Source: a virus
Direction: 5' to 3' (one strand)
Length of the DNA stretch: 64,000 nucleotides
IMG/VR virus record: IMGVR_UViG_3300035698_021020
Span: 1-64,000 of that record
In this document: positions 30,417 to 40,345 of the stretch, piece by piece
Layout: each line of letters starts with the position of its first letter
How positions within the stretch are numbered: the first letter of the stretch is position 1
Made by a program: the position numbers and the translations under genes
The notes under the pieces: model-generated
What the model was told of the DNA's origin: nothing
The model's input: only the letters and a program-made list of their open reading frames with translations
Database searches by the model: none

Positions 30417-31466
30417 TTAAATGTTCTTCAGCAGGGAAATAAGTAGAGTTTTATTCTTTTTCGTTAGTTTAGAAACATTTGGTGCCAGGACGTTGAATCG
30501 TATAGTATAATCACCCAGTTCACCAGATGAACCGATTATTCCACCTTTAGGCAATACGAACTTCAAATTATTAGTTGATTCAGGCTGATTAATTTTAGCC
30601 TCATATTTCTTTCCTATTATCGTTTCAATTTCAATCTTTTCTTCTTCCGATAATATTTTATATAGAGGGAGATCAACATATTGGATAATTTCACCATCAT
30701 TTATTTCAATTCTTTCTGGAATAACTAAATGAACTTCGATGAATAAGTCACCAGTAATTGGAACTAATATTTCTTCATTCCAAATATCAGTATTACGATA
30801 CACCTCTTCATTACCCATTTTCTGGACTCTGATTTTTGATGTATATACTCTATCATTTATTTTCTTAAATTGGAGATAATTAATTTTTGTATTTAGAGTA
30901 ATACTTATATCCTTATCTTCAGTAGACATATGGTATTTTATTTTACCATCTGCATATTTTCCATCATATGATATGACTTTTCTAGATACGTGAACTACTA
31001 TCTTTTCTCCAGTCATTGTTTCGACTAAGCTGACTTCTGCAGGAACAGTTAAAGATAGATGATCAAGAGTTGGTGGGGCTGCGTGAGTCTTTCCTTGAGT
31101 TCCTCTAGCGCTATCACTACTTTTCTGCCTAGCTCCTTTAGTATAATTGAATGGATTACTTTGAAAGTCTCTATCACGTCCTCCGTTTTTAAATCGATCC
31201 TTATTTATGAAGTCTTCAAAATCATCTACACTCGTTCTTCGAGTATAAGGTCGTTTAGGTTTTCTAGAATTATCATACGTTCTCTTCTTACTATCTGAAC
31301 TCAACGTATCATATGCTTCAGAAACTTGTTTAAATTTCTCTTCTGATGCTTTGCTTCCTTGGTTTTTATCAGGATGATACTTTACGGCTAACTTTCGATA
31401 TGCTGATTTTATCTCCGGCTTAGTAGCTAATTCAGTTACACCTAATATTGAATAATAATCTGTCAA
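30417..31466 (-). CDS. dnaJ: DnaJ-family co-chaperone (J domain, no Zn finger)
   Basis: DYYSILGV...[14 protein letters not shown]...[16 protein letters not shown]-terminal domain. Confidence 0.85.
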   Translation of the reverse strand: MTDYYSILGVTELATKPEIKSAYRKLAVKYHPDKNQGSKASEEKFKQVSEAYDTLSSDSKKRTYDNSRKPKRPYTRRTSVDDFEDFINKDRFKNGGRDRDFQSNPFNYTKGARQKSSDSARGTQGKTHAAPPTLDHLSLTVPAEVSLVETMTGEKIVVHVSRKVISYDGKYADGKIKYHMSTEDKDISITLNTKINYLQFKKINDRVYTSKIRVQKMGNEEVYRNTDIWNEEILVPITGDLFIEVHLVIPERIEINDGEIIQYVDLPLYKILSEEEKIEIETIIGKKYEAKINQPESTNNLKFVLPKGGIIGSSGELGDYTIRFNVLAPNVSKLTKKNKTLLISLLKNI

Positions 31467-31471
31467 GATAT

Positions 31472-31498
31472 AAACTTTTTATTACTATCTTGTATAAG
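31472..31498 (+). promoter_or_regulatory. Putative early/middle promoter of the glycan operon
   Basis: AAACT-N15-GTATAAG. Confidence 0.65.
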
Positions 31499-31520
31499 AA
31501 ATTGAAAAATAGTTCTACCC

Positions 31521-32195
31521 TTGGGAAAAATAGTTAAAAGGCTTCGAGAATTTATAGGCATCCATTATGGACAGGATATAATTGTATGCGGGTGCGGGAC
31601 TTCTCTCTTAGGCTTCGAGGAACATCATTCTGACTATATCACAATTGGTGTAAACGATGTACCTAAGTTATTTGAACCTACATATTTAGTAGTCACAGAT
31701 CACCAAGGTCGATTTAAAGAACAACGCAGGAAGGATTTAGTGAACAATTCGAAAGCGAAACGATTATTTACTTGTGCTGCTGGCTGGAGACATAAGAATA
31801 TAGTTCACTTTGATTTGGGAGAAAAAGCACTAAAAAATCTAGATTCACAACATAAAATCGATCATTTTGTTAATTCACCATATGTTGCTGCTTGTCTTGC
31901 TTATAAACTTGGCGCTAGGAATATTGGAATAATTGGAGTAGACTTCAATACTGGTCATTTCTATAATCCAAAGGATGGTAAACATCCAGTCTTACAAATG
32001 AATTATTTGAAACAAGTAAAAGCAGCATATTCATTACTCCATAGTCAATTAAAACTCAGAGGAGTAGCTATGTATGATTTGAGCTTGAATGGCCAATTAG
32101 ACATACCAAAAATAACACTGGAAGAATTCAGCAAATTACAGAAGAATGAAGATAATAATACCTGGACGAAAGGCTTCAAAAGGCCTACCATTTAA
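31521..32195 (+). CDS. CstII/Maf (DUF115)-fold glycosyltransferase, putative nonulosonate transferase 1
   Basis: IIVCGCGTSL, IGVN, S..VA..LAYKLGARNIGIIGVDF. Confidence 0.7.
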   Translation: MGKIVKRLREFIGIHYGQDIIVCGCGTSLLGFEEHHSDYITIGVNDVPKLFEPTYLVVTDHQGRFKEQRRKDLVNNSKAKRLFTCAAGWRHKNIVHFDLGEKALKNLDSQHKIDHFVNSPYVAACLAYKLGARNIGIIGVDFNTGHFYNPKDGKHPVLQMNYLKQVKAAYSLLHSQLKLRGVAMYDLSLNGQLDIPKITLEEFSKLQKNEDNNTWTKGFKRPTI

Positions 32196-32793
32196 GAATA
32201 GGAAATTATTCTTCCAAACTGCAGACATAATACCACACGATATTAGACATGATGTTTGGGTGACAAGTGATGATTCTTTACTCGAAACTAAAGCTAAACA
32301 ACATAATTTTAATTTCATAAAACGACCTGAGTCTTTAAGTCAGGATACTACGTCTATACGAGATGTATTAGTACATGCCTTAAATCAAATATTACCTGAT
32401 CCAGATGAAATCATATTACTTTTATATTTGACGTACCCAGAAAGGACTTGGGAGCATGTTAATAATGCTCTTAAATTTTTCAAAGATCAGCATATTAATA
32501 GCAATGCTACTTCTATGTTGTGTAAAAAAGAAATAAAGACTAATCCATATTTATGTTTACATGAGCATGGAGTAGATGGAATATATGGAAAACAGATTAT
32601 ACCGCACGATTTATACAGAAGACAAGATTATCCTAAGTGCTTTGAGATAAGTCATTATGTATGCTTTTTCCAGGCGTCAGCTATAAATAAGTTAAACAAA
32701 AATATGTACGGAGAATCTACTGTATTTTACACCATTCCAGATGTAATAGATGTAGATAGTCAACGTGAACTAGATGAATTTACCAACAGATGA
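32146..32793 (+). CDS. neuA: CMP-nonulosonate (acylneuraminate) cytidylyltransferase
   Basis: IIIPGRKASKGLPFKN, VTSDD, RPESLSQD, RRQD, IDVD. Confidence 0.85.
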   Translation: MKIIIPGRKASKGLPFKNRKLFFQTADIIPHDIRHDVWVTSDDSLLETKAKQHNFNFIKRPESLSQDTTSIRDVLVHALNQILPDPDEIILLLYLTYPERTWEHVNNALKFFKDQHINSNATSMLCKKEIKTNPYLCLHEHGVDGIYGKQIIPHDLYRRQDYPKCFEISHYVCFFQASAINKLNKNMYGESTVFYTIPDVIDVDSQRELDEFTNR

Positions 32794-34450
32794 AATAGTA
32801 TTCGTAACTGAAGCTAGTGATAAGTTTTTACATTTAACTAGAACTTGCATATTTACATTTACTAAAGAGAATCAATGGTCTGATGGAACGATAATTTTAT
32901 TGATCCACAAGTCGGCAGCATTTAGTAATCGTTCTCTTTCTGAATTAATTAAGATTTATCCTAAAATTGAATTACGAGATGTCACAAATAATCCTCTTAT
33001 TGAATATGCAATATCTCGTAATTCAAGATTTACCAAAGATCCAGCATATATTCTAGATCTTTTTAAACTTTCATTATTTGGATTAGAGCATAAGATCATA
33101 TACTCTTCATACTATAATGTGTTCCTTAAATCAATAAGTGAATTCTTACTTGAATCTTCTATTACTATTAATGATTCTGGACTACTGTTATTCTACAAAG
33201 ATTCAAATATAACTCTAGACGATGTTCTCATTCTTGACGCATTAAGTAATGATATAGGATTATTGTCTATGCATGGAATAGATGAATTAATAACCGAGTT
33301 AATCACTAAAGAGGAACATAATACTATCCAGCAATATGTATTAATTAGATCCACTGAAATTACCGATAAGAAATACAATCAACTTTCTCCCAAGATAAAA
33401 GCAGCACATATTATAAACTTCAATAGTATTAAGAATAAATCTGCTATGCATGCTAAAATAGATCGACTTTGGCAATTTACAAATAAGTCGTCAACTAGAT
33501 TATCAAATAGACCTGCTAATTATACTAATAGAGAAGTAGCAAATATGCGTGCTAGAGATATTGCTAGACGAAAGAAAACGACTAAACTACCTAATCGAGT
33601 TAGACTAGATAAACCTGCAATTCCTAAATTAGGTGCAACGTATATAGTATTTGATGGCATTGAGTTATTGGAATCAGCAATAAATAGTATACGAGAACAT
33701 GTAGATTTCGTATGTGTCGCATATCAAAAGGTATCATGGTTTGGAGCTAAGATTAAAGCTAAAGATGTAGCTGAGCTGAATAAATTAAAGAAGATCGGAT
33801 TAATTGATTCACTTATTGAATTTTCAGCATTTGCACCAGTAAATACAAAATCGAAGGCTAACAAAGTAAAAATAGCTAAGTCGTATGAAATAGCTAAACG
33901 AAATTTCACATTAAACGAGTGTATTAGAAATGGATGTACTCATTATATTTGTCTTGATGTAGATGAATTCTATGATGCATATGACTTTAAACAAGCAAAA
34001 GACTATATTTACATGAATGATGTTCATTATAGTGCATGTAAATACATAAATTATGTTACTCCAGTTCTACATAGAGGACTCAGTAACCAATATGTCCCAT
34101 TTATCTGCAGAGTAAACCAGACTAGTAAAAACGGATTACAATTCTTTGTACGTACTGATCCTACTCGTGGTGTTTATACAAGTAATGCTACTTCAACACA
34201 TACTTTTACTCCAGCCAGACTAATAATGCATCATATGGAAACAGTCAGAATGGATATACACAGAAAATATGCGTCAACTACTAGATTCTATTTAGATCGA
34301 GATAGACTAAAGGAACTATCGAAAATAATAAATTCAGTAGAACCTGACCAAGAACACATAGCATTTGACAGTATAATTTACGCAGCAGGCGAATCATACA
34401 AATTAGTAAAAACAACAAATAAATTCAATATCCCATATACATCATGGTAA
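32774..34450 (+). CDS. Two-domain glycosyltransferase (GT8-like N-terminus, GT-A C-terminus)
   Basis: KLSLF/IINF N-domain; ELLESAINSIR, KRN, LDVDEFY, MHH C-domain. Confidence 0.6.
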   Translation: MNLPTDEIVFVTEASDKFLHLTRTCIFTFTKENQWSDGTIILLIHKSAAFSNRSLSELIKIYPKIELRDVTNNPLIEYAISRNSRFTKDPAYILDLFKLSLFGLEHKIIYSSYYNVFLKSISEFLLESSITINDSGLLLFYKDSNITLDDVLILDALSNDIGLLSMHGIDELITELITKEEHNTIQQYVLIRSTEITDKKYNQLSPKIKAAHIINFNSIKNKSAMHAKIDRLWQFTNKSSTRLSNRPANYTNREVANMRARDIARRKKTTKLPNRVRLDKPAIPKLGATYIVFDGIELLESAINSIREHVDFVCVAYQKVSWFGAKIKAKDVAELNKLKKIGLIDSLIEFSAFAPVNTKSKANKVKIAKSYEIAKRNFTLNECIRNGCTHYICLDVDEFYDAYDFKQAKDYIYMNDVHYSACKYINYVTPVLHRGLSNQYVPFICRVNQTSKNGLQFFVRTDPTRGVYTSNATSTHTFTPARLIMHHMETVRMDIHRKYASTTRFYLDRDRLKELSKIINSVEPDQEHIAFDSIIYAAGESYKLVKTTNKFNIPYTSW

Positions 34451-35118
34451 ACAACATTACAGCATTACGTGATATACACAGAGGCAAGGACATATATGTC
34501 GTAGCTAGTGGAAAAAGCTTAGATTACTTCTCTTCTACTTTCTTTGATGATAGAATAGTCATTGGAGTAAATCAAGTTTACAAAAAAATAAGGACTAAGT
34601 ATTTAGTGTATAAGGAGCCTAAGCTATTAGATAAAGCAGTTGCGACAGGAGCAAAGGTTCTTTTATCTAAACACAGATATGGAAATACTAGACTTCCTTT
34701 GAATGTTATACCTAGAGATTCCAGAAATGTATATACATATCGACATAATTGTAATACTGATGCAGGAATAATCGATTCATCTGATATTAAAGAGAAATTG
34801 ATTGTTAGTAAATCGACCATAACTACTGCTATTCATGCGGCTGCCTATATGGGAGCAGGATCTATTTTCATAGTAGGCCACGACTGTGGACTAATAAATA
34901 ATGAAGCTAATTTTAGTGGATATTATGATACGATTACTGATACTCCATGGAAACAGTGGGATGATTATAAAGCTTGGCTCCTGACTATTGAAGCTCAAAC
35001 TAAGAATGTTAAAGCTCTAATTTCTAAAGCTTATTCGTGTAACATCCATTCAATTAATCCATTCATTAATTTTAATCTAGAAGGACAGAAATATTCTGGA
35101 GAAAATAATATAAACTAA
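34444..35118 (+). CDS. CstII/Maf-fold glycosyltransferase 2
   Basis: YVVASGKSL, IGVN, STITTAIHAAAYMGAGSIFIVGHD. Confidence 0.7.
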   Translation: MVNNITALRDIHRGKDIYVVASGKSLDYFSSTFFDDRIVIGVNQVYKKIRTKYLVYKEPKLLDKAVATGAKVLLSKHRYGNTRLPLNVIPRDSRNVYTYRHNCNTDAGIIDSSDIKEKLIVSKSTITTAIHAAAYMGAGSIFIVGHDCGLINNEANFSGYYDTITDTPWKQWDDYKAWLLTIEAQTKNVKALISKAYSCNIHSINPFINFNLEGQKYSGENNIN

Positions 35119-35807
35119 TGGTAGACGTAGTCATAATAAGCTTAGCTAAAAACGCAGAATTCAAGAAATTAACAATGGATACCGTTGATACTCTTCTATC
35201 GTCTGATCCGCTGATACGATTTAAAGTTTACATAATTGAATCAAACAAAGCCGAATCCTTTCCTGAATATGCAAATAATGGGGATATTGAAGTAATTCAT
35301 CCAACTTCTAAATTCGGATATCACCGATATTTGAATATTGGAATAAACGCTGGCAAGAATCCATTTGTATGTTTATGTAACAATGACCTACTTTTTGAAA
35401 AGGGCTGGGCAACTAGTATGATGCATGCCATGAATAAAGACCCAAAGTTACTAAGTACATCTCCATATTCAACTAAGCCACATAAAACAGTATTCAAACT
35501 TCCACAAGATCGTGAAATAGAATATGGATATAAAATAAGACGACATGTAGCAGGTTGGTGTATATTTCAAAAGCGTTCCATATATCAGAAGATTGGAAGA
35601 CTAGATGAACGATTTGAATTTTGGTATGCAGATAATGATTATGCTGAGACACTAAAAAGAAAGAATATAAAACATGCATTAGTTAGAGGATCAGTAGTTG
35701 AACATGTTGAGAGTAAAACACTCAAATCAAAATCAGCAGCTGAACAGCATGCTTTAACTAGGGCACAAGTAAAAACATTCACCGATAAATGGAAAATACA
35801 ACCATAA
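35118..35807 (+). CDS. GT2-family glycosyltransferase
   Basis: VVIIS, N.GI, LCNND, IGRLDERF..WYADNDY. Confidence 0.85.
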   Translation: MVDVVIISLAKNAEFKKLTMDTVDTLLSSDPLIRFKVYIIESNKAESFPEYANNGDIEVIHPTSKFGYHRYLNIGINAGKNPFVCLCNNDLLFEKGWATSMMHAMNKDPKLLSTSPYSTKPHKTVFKLPQDREIEYGYKIRRHVAGWCIFQKRSIYQKIGRLDERFEFWYADNDYAETLKRKNIKHALVRGSVVEHVESKTLKSKSAAEQHALTRAQVKTFTDKWKIQP

Positions 35808-36898
35808 AGAAAGGATTACATCTCTGCTCAGTTTCAATAAATTCTGGAGATATAAATTTAGCAGAAGCAGCAGAAGTTGCATTGAAGGCTAAGTGTAATA
35901 TTGCCTGGACTAGAGATGATTGTCGAAAGTTAGTAACACTAGATAGAGTCTTGGAAATAAATGAGAAATTCGATTTTATTGTTCTAGGTCCAGGTGGAAT
36001 CTTTTTATTAGATGAAGTAAATGGAAAAGGAATAGGCAAATTGAATAATCTTCCATATAATTCTATAAAGAGACAATCAGGATATCAATGGATAATCTCA
36101 GACTCTGTTCTGGATAGAATAACTATTCCTATTATTGTATTCTCAGTTGGTTGGAATCAATTTAGACAAGCAGATCGAAAGCAATATCCAAATAAAAATT
36201 CTATGATTAAACTGATTGAGAAATCAGCTTATTTTTCTATGAGACACCGTGGAGACATAACTGATTTCTTAGCTAATTCTGATCCTAAACTTAGAGATAA
36301 GATAGATTTCTGCTTCTGCCCAACGATACTAAACGATGTACCTATTACTCAACACAAGAAGAAAATAATAGGCTTTCAAATAGCCAATGACAGATGGCAA
36401 ATGCGATATGGTAATAAAGACCAAGCCTATTCTAAATTTAAACACATTGCTAAAACTATGGAGCACTTTCGTAAATTAGGATACGAGATTCACATAATCG
36501 ACCAATGCTTAGATACGATGTTTATTGATTGGCTTAAATATACGAAACAGTTGAGAAGTCAATATAAACTGATCGTACTTAAGGGAAGATCTAGAACTTT
36601 CCAAAATGAATACTATACTAGGCTTGAGACTATTTTTGCAACTAGAGGTCATGCACAAATGATACCTATGGGATTAGGAACAAAAGTAGTTTCGATAATC
36701 TCGCATAATAAATTGAAATACTTCCTTTCAGATATCTCAGCTGACTCTACTGGAGTAGAATTTAGTGATATTTCATTACAGACACTATTGACTGCATATA
36801 TGAGTACAAGAACAACTGATTTTAGATCAATTGTGAAAACAATCAAAAGCAACATCAATTCGAATTTAGATAAAATAACTAATATAATTAATGGCTAA
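35789..36898 (+). CDS. Polysaccharide pyruvyltransferase family protein
   Basis: NSGD, GPGG, SVG, SMR, CPT, TRGHAQM motifs. Confidence 0.65.
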   Translation: MENTTIKKGLHLCSVSINSGDINLAEAAEVALKAKCNIAWTRDDCRKLVTLDRVLEINEKFDFIVLGPGGIFLLDEVNGKGIGKLNNLPYNSIKRQSGYQWIISDSVLDRITIPIIVFSVGWNQFRQADRKQYPNKNSMIKLIEKSAYFSMRHRGDITDFLANSDPKLRDKIDFCFCPTILNDVPITQHKKKIIGFQIANDRWQMRYGNKDQAYSKFKHIAKTMEHFRKLGYEIHIIDQCLDTMFIDWLKYTKQLRSQYKLIVLKGRSRTFQNEYYTRLETIFATRGHAQMIPMGLGTKVVSIISHNKLKYFLSDISADSTGVEFSDISLQTLLTAYMSTRTTDFRSIVKTIKSNINSNLDKITNIING

Positions 36899-37538
36899 CG
36901 GTAGTTTAATTAAAGTTGAATTAGAGAAGTACAATGCTCTTCATAATAGGAAAGCCTACGGTTTGGAAACAGCTAGGAAAAAGTGGTTTACTTTACCTAG
37001 TGATTCAAAATTTATACGCAAAGCCATTAAAATATTGTCAAGTTCAGATACTATTCTTGATGTAGCTTGTGGAAAGGGTTCATTTATTGATCACTTTAAA
37101 GAAACACTTAATTCAGAAATACAAGGAATCGATATTTCAAATATAGCTGTTGATTCTAGGCCAGATTTGAGTATTGATTTAGGAAGTATACACAGGCTGC
37201 CATATTCTGATAATTCATATGATTGTGTTTATCATTTAGACGGAATGGAACATATTCCTGTTACACTACAATCTAAGGTATTAGATGAGCAATTTAGAGT
37301 AGCAAAGAAATTTATCATACATAGTCTTAGCACTAATATTGATAAAAGGAGTGACGAATATCTAAAGAAGATAAATATTAATACAACATCAGTTCATATA
37401 AATCTTAAATCATTTGATGAATGGAAGAACTTCTTTAGAAAAAAAGCAAGAGAAAATGGATGGAAGATCATCGAATTTGATTGTGTTTCCTTTGATACAC
37501 AAGTTTGCATAATAATGAAAAATAATACAAGTAAATGA
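36891..37538 (+). CDS. Class I SAM-dependent methyltransferase
   Basis: ILDVACGKG, GIDIS, LPYSDNSYD, MEHI. Confidence 0.85.
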   Translation: MANGSLIKVELEKYNALHNRKAYGLETARKKWFTLPSDSKFIRKAIKILSSSDTILDVACGKGSFIDHFKETLNSEIQGIDISNIAVDSRPDLSIDLGSIHRLPYSDNSYDCVYHLDGMEHIPVTLQSKVLDEQFRVAKKFIIHSLSTNIDKRSDEYLKKININTTSVHINLKSFDEWKNFFRKKARENGWKIIEFDCVSFDTQVCIIMKNNTSK

Positions 37539-38428
37539 TAAAGACTCAAATAATAGGAGAAATTGGCATTAATTTCGCATATGGCGAGGATAAGACTAAA
37601 TTTCTTGAAAACACTAAAAAACTCATAGACGTTGCTTGTGTTGCAGGTTGCGATTATGTTAAATTCCAAAAAAGAACTCCAATTCTTTGTGTTCCAAATG
37701 AACAGAAAGGAAAGGCTAAACGAGTTCCATGGAACGAAAATGAAATAACTTATCTTGATTATAAGAATGACTCAGAATTTGGAAAAGCTGAATTTGATGA
37801 GATAGATAAGTATTGTGACGAAAAAGGAATGAAGTGGTTCGCATCAGTTTGGGATACCAAATCAGTTGATTTCATGAGTAAATATGAGATCTTACTTCCA
37901 AATAATACTTGGGGATCAATGATGAAGATTCCATCAGCTCTAATTAATGATGTCGCTTTAGTCGAATATGCTAGGGAATATTGTGAGTTCCTTATTATTT
38001 CAACAGGGATGAGTACTCAAAAAGAAATTGATACTGCAATATATGTAGGATCACCTGATGTAGTTATGCATACTAATTCTACATATCCTTCTCCAAATGA
38101 CGAATTGAATTTAGATTACATACGTTATTTAACCATGATGAATGATAGTGGCGATTTTGATAAGAAATTTGATGTTGGTTATTCTGGTCACGAATTTGGA
38201 CTAACTACTAGTATTGTTGCCACGGTACTTGGAGCAACATGGATAGAAAGACATATTACTTTAGATCGAACGTTATGGGGCAGTGATCAAATGGCCTCAG
38301 TAGAGCCACAAGGCCTAATTAAATTAGTAAAGAGTATTCGAGATATTGAGAATGCTAGAGGAGGATATGGGCCAAGAAAGGTTCTTGATTCTGAGAAGTC
38401 AAAGAGAAAAAGTTTAAGAGGAGAATGA
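37535..38428 (+). CDS. neuB: Nonulosonic acid synthase (NeuB family), lacking the C-terminal AFP/SAF domain
   Basis: GEIGIN, VKFQKR, KIPSA, ISTGM, HTNSTYP, GYSGHE, IERHITLDR..WGSD. Confidence 0.9.
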   Translation: MIKTQIIGEIGINFAYGEDKTKFLENTKKLIDVACVAGCDYVKFQKRTPILCVPNEQKGKAKRVPWNENEITYLDYKNDSEFGKAEFDEIDKYCDEKGMKWFASVWDTKSVDFMSKYEILLPNNTWGSMMKIPSALINDVALVEYAREYCEFLIISTGMSTQKEIDTAIYVGSPDVVMHTNSTYPSPNDELNLDYIRYLTMMNDSGDFDKKFDVGYSGHEFGLTTSIVATVLGATWIERHITLDRTLWGSDQMASVEPQGLIKLVKSIRDIENARGGYGPRKVLDSEKSKRKSLRGE

Positions 38429-39057
38429 TAATAACGAAGAACAAAATAGTAATATTGGATAATCCGAAGACAGGCTCACGATCATTACGTACTTCAATAT
38501 ATCCACAAATAGTCAGAAAAGGTAATTGTGCCTTTCGATCTAATAAAAATGTTTATCAAGTTGATTTTGATTATGATAATGCTAACTATGGTCATGGCTC
38601 ATTAAAGAGTGCAGTTGAATATATTAGAACAACACTCAAAGATGACCCAGAAGCATATACATATATTACAGCAATTAGGAATCCATATGATAGAATACGA
38701 TCATGGTGCAAAGATCAACATAATCGGTCTAAGGAAACATTAGATATTAGCCCCAAGCAAGTATTTGAGTTACCTATTGACTGTGGACCAAGTAGATTTT
38801 TGAATTTTATTCCGACTAAGTTCAGATTCTATGAGGATTTTAAAATAACTGAATTTATGTTTACTGAAACTCTCAATTCAGATTTAAGAAGAATAAGCGA
38901 GAAGTATAAATTAAATCTAATAGTTGATGATTCAGTAAGAGAGAATAAGAGTAAATTATATCCTTCTTTGGATTTATCGATGGACTCTAATACACTTTCT
39001 AAAATAAATGAATTCTTTCATGAAGATTTTATTGATGGTGGATACACAAAAAAATAA
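38425..39057 (+). CDS. Sulfotransferase-family protein 1
   Basis: 5'-PSB NPKTGSRSL and 3'-PB RNPYDRIRS; EDF..GY tail. Confidence 0.75.
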   Translation: MIITKNKIVILDNPKTGSRSLRTSIYPQIVRKGNCAFRSNKNVYQVDFDYDNANYGHGSLKSAVEYIRTTLKDDPEAYTYITAIRNPYDRIRSWCKDQHNRSKETLDISPKQVFELPIDCGPSRFLNFIPTKFRFYEDFKITEFMFTETLNSDLRRISEKYKLNLIVDDSVRENKSKLYPSLDLSMDSNTLSKINEFFHEDFIDGGYTKK

Positions 39058-39064
39058 ATAATTA

Positions 39065-39754
39065 ATGCTAATATTAAAGTCAAAATTAATTTTCTTAGAA
39101 AATCCAAAATGTGGATCTAGTACATTACGTCATTACTTTAAACAAATTCCAGACAGTGATAGGATTTTTAAGTCTATGGAAAAAATAAATGAGTGTTCTG
39201 GTATTCATGATCCAAATTATATTCACTGTACATTAAAAGCAGCAATTATTAAACTTAGGGAGCTTGCTCTTGATCCAGATGAATTTACATTTATTTGTGC
39301 TATTCGTGAACCATATACCAGAGTAAAATCTGCTTTGAATTATCATAGAGTCCTAGTTAATCGAAGAATGCAGACTGATGAATTCATAAAAACTAGAATA
39401 GTTACAACTATTGCAAAGGACTATAGATTTTTTGAAAAATATAAGATTCATCATTTGATTAAATGTGAGACAATTAATAGTGACCTTGCCGAATTGAATA
39501 TACAATATAAATTAGGTTTAACTATTAATTTATCTACTAAAATTAACTCAAAGGGATTTGCTAAGCCTATTCAATTAGCCAATGAACATATTGCAATGAT
39601 AAACCACGCCTATCATGAAGATTTCATAGATGGCGACTATAAAAAAATAATTCCAGATGACTTACCTAGAAAAGTTAAAAGCCGAATTAGTAATGTCAAC
39701 ATATTTAGATGGATGGCAACTCCTTTGGATAAAAAACAAGATAAAGGAACTTGA
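39065..39754 (+). CDS. Sulfotransferase-family protein 2
   Basis: NPKCGSSTL and REPYTRVKS; paralog of the previous gene (shared HEDFIDG). Confidence 0.75.
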   Translation: MLILKSKLIFLENPKCGSSTLRHYFKQIPDSDRIFKSMEKINECSGIHDPNYIHCTLKAAIIKLRELALDPDEFTFICAIREPYTRVKSALNYHRVLVNRRMQTDEFIKTRIVTTIAKDYRFFEKYKIHHLIKCETINSDLAELNIQYKLGLTINLSTKINSKGFAKPIQLANEHIAMINHAYHEDFIDGDYKKIIPDDLPRKVKSRISNVNIFRWMATPLDKKQDKGT

Positions 39755-40056
39755 AACCAAAAATAACTCTTAAGAATATCTCTAATTTTTTAGAGGGCAA
39801 TCTAAAAATGCTTGGTGATAACTTTGGACTTCTTCCGGCTTATCAAAAGGAACAAGTATTATATCGAGGAAATATTTGTAAAGCTGATTGTGTTAAGAAT
39901 GGTTTTTGCAAAGAGTGCGGCTGTGATCTTCCAGGTAAATTTTATTCTACTGCATCTTGTAATAATGGAGAACGGTTTCCAGACATTATGAATGAAGCCG
40001 ATTGGGAAGAATTCAAGACTGAAAATAAGATTAAGATAAATGATATACTACATTGA
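39751..40056 (+). CDS. Cys-rich small protein
   Basis: CKADC...CKECGC...C; TTG start. Confidence 0.6.
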   Translation: MKPKITLKNISNFLEGNLKMLGDNFGLLPAYQKEQVLYRGNICKADCVKNGFCKECGCDLPGKFYSTASCNNGERFPDIMNEADWEEFKTENKIKINDILH

Positions 40057-40345
40057 TATTGATGATACTATTTGCAAGTTAGAAGCACCAATGGATTATG
40101 CCTCGGCTAAACCTATTAAAAAGGCCGTGGATAAAGTTAATAAATTATATGCAGACGGTCATATTGTTGTTTTTTGGACTGCTCGTGGAACTGTGTCTGG
40201 TAAAAACTTCAGAGAATTAACCGAACACCAATTGAAACTCTGGAAAGTTAATCATCATGAATTGAAGATGGGTAAACCAGCATATGATATATTTATTGAT
40301 GATAAGAATATGAACAGTATAGATTGGCTAAATGAAAAAGACTAA
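40040..40345 (+). CDS. Cap-less HAD phosphatase (capsule-biosynthesis type)
   Basis: DIDDT, WTARG, GKP.YDIFIDDK. Confidence 0.85.
   Translation: MIYYIDIDDTICKLEAPMDYASAKPIKKAVDKVNKLYADGHIVVFWTARGTVSGKNFRELTEHQLKLWKVNHHELKMGKPAYDIFIDDKNMNSIDWLNEKD

Noticed and set aside
39051-39064. AATAAATAA between the two sulfotransferases as a late promoter
   Set aside because: It overlaps Lys codons and the TAA stop and is only a few nt from the ATG, so it is likely chance.
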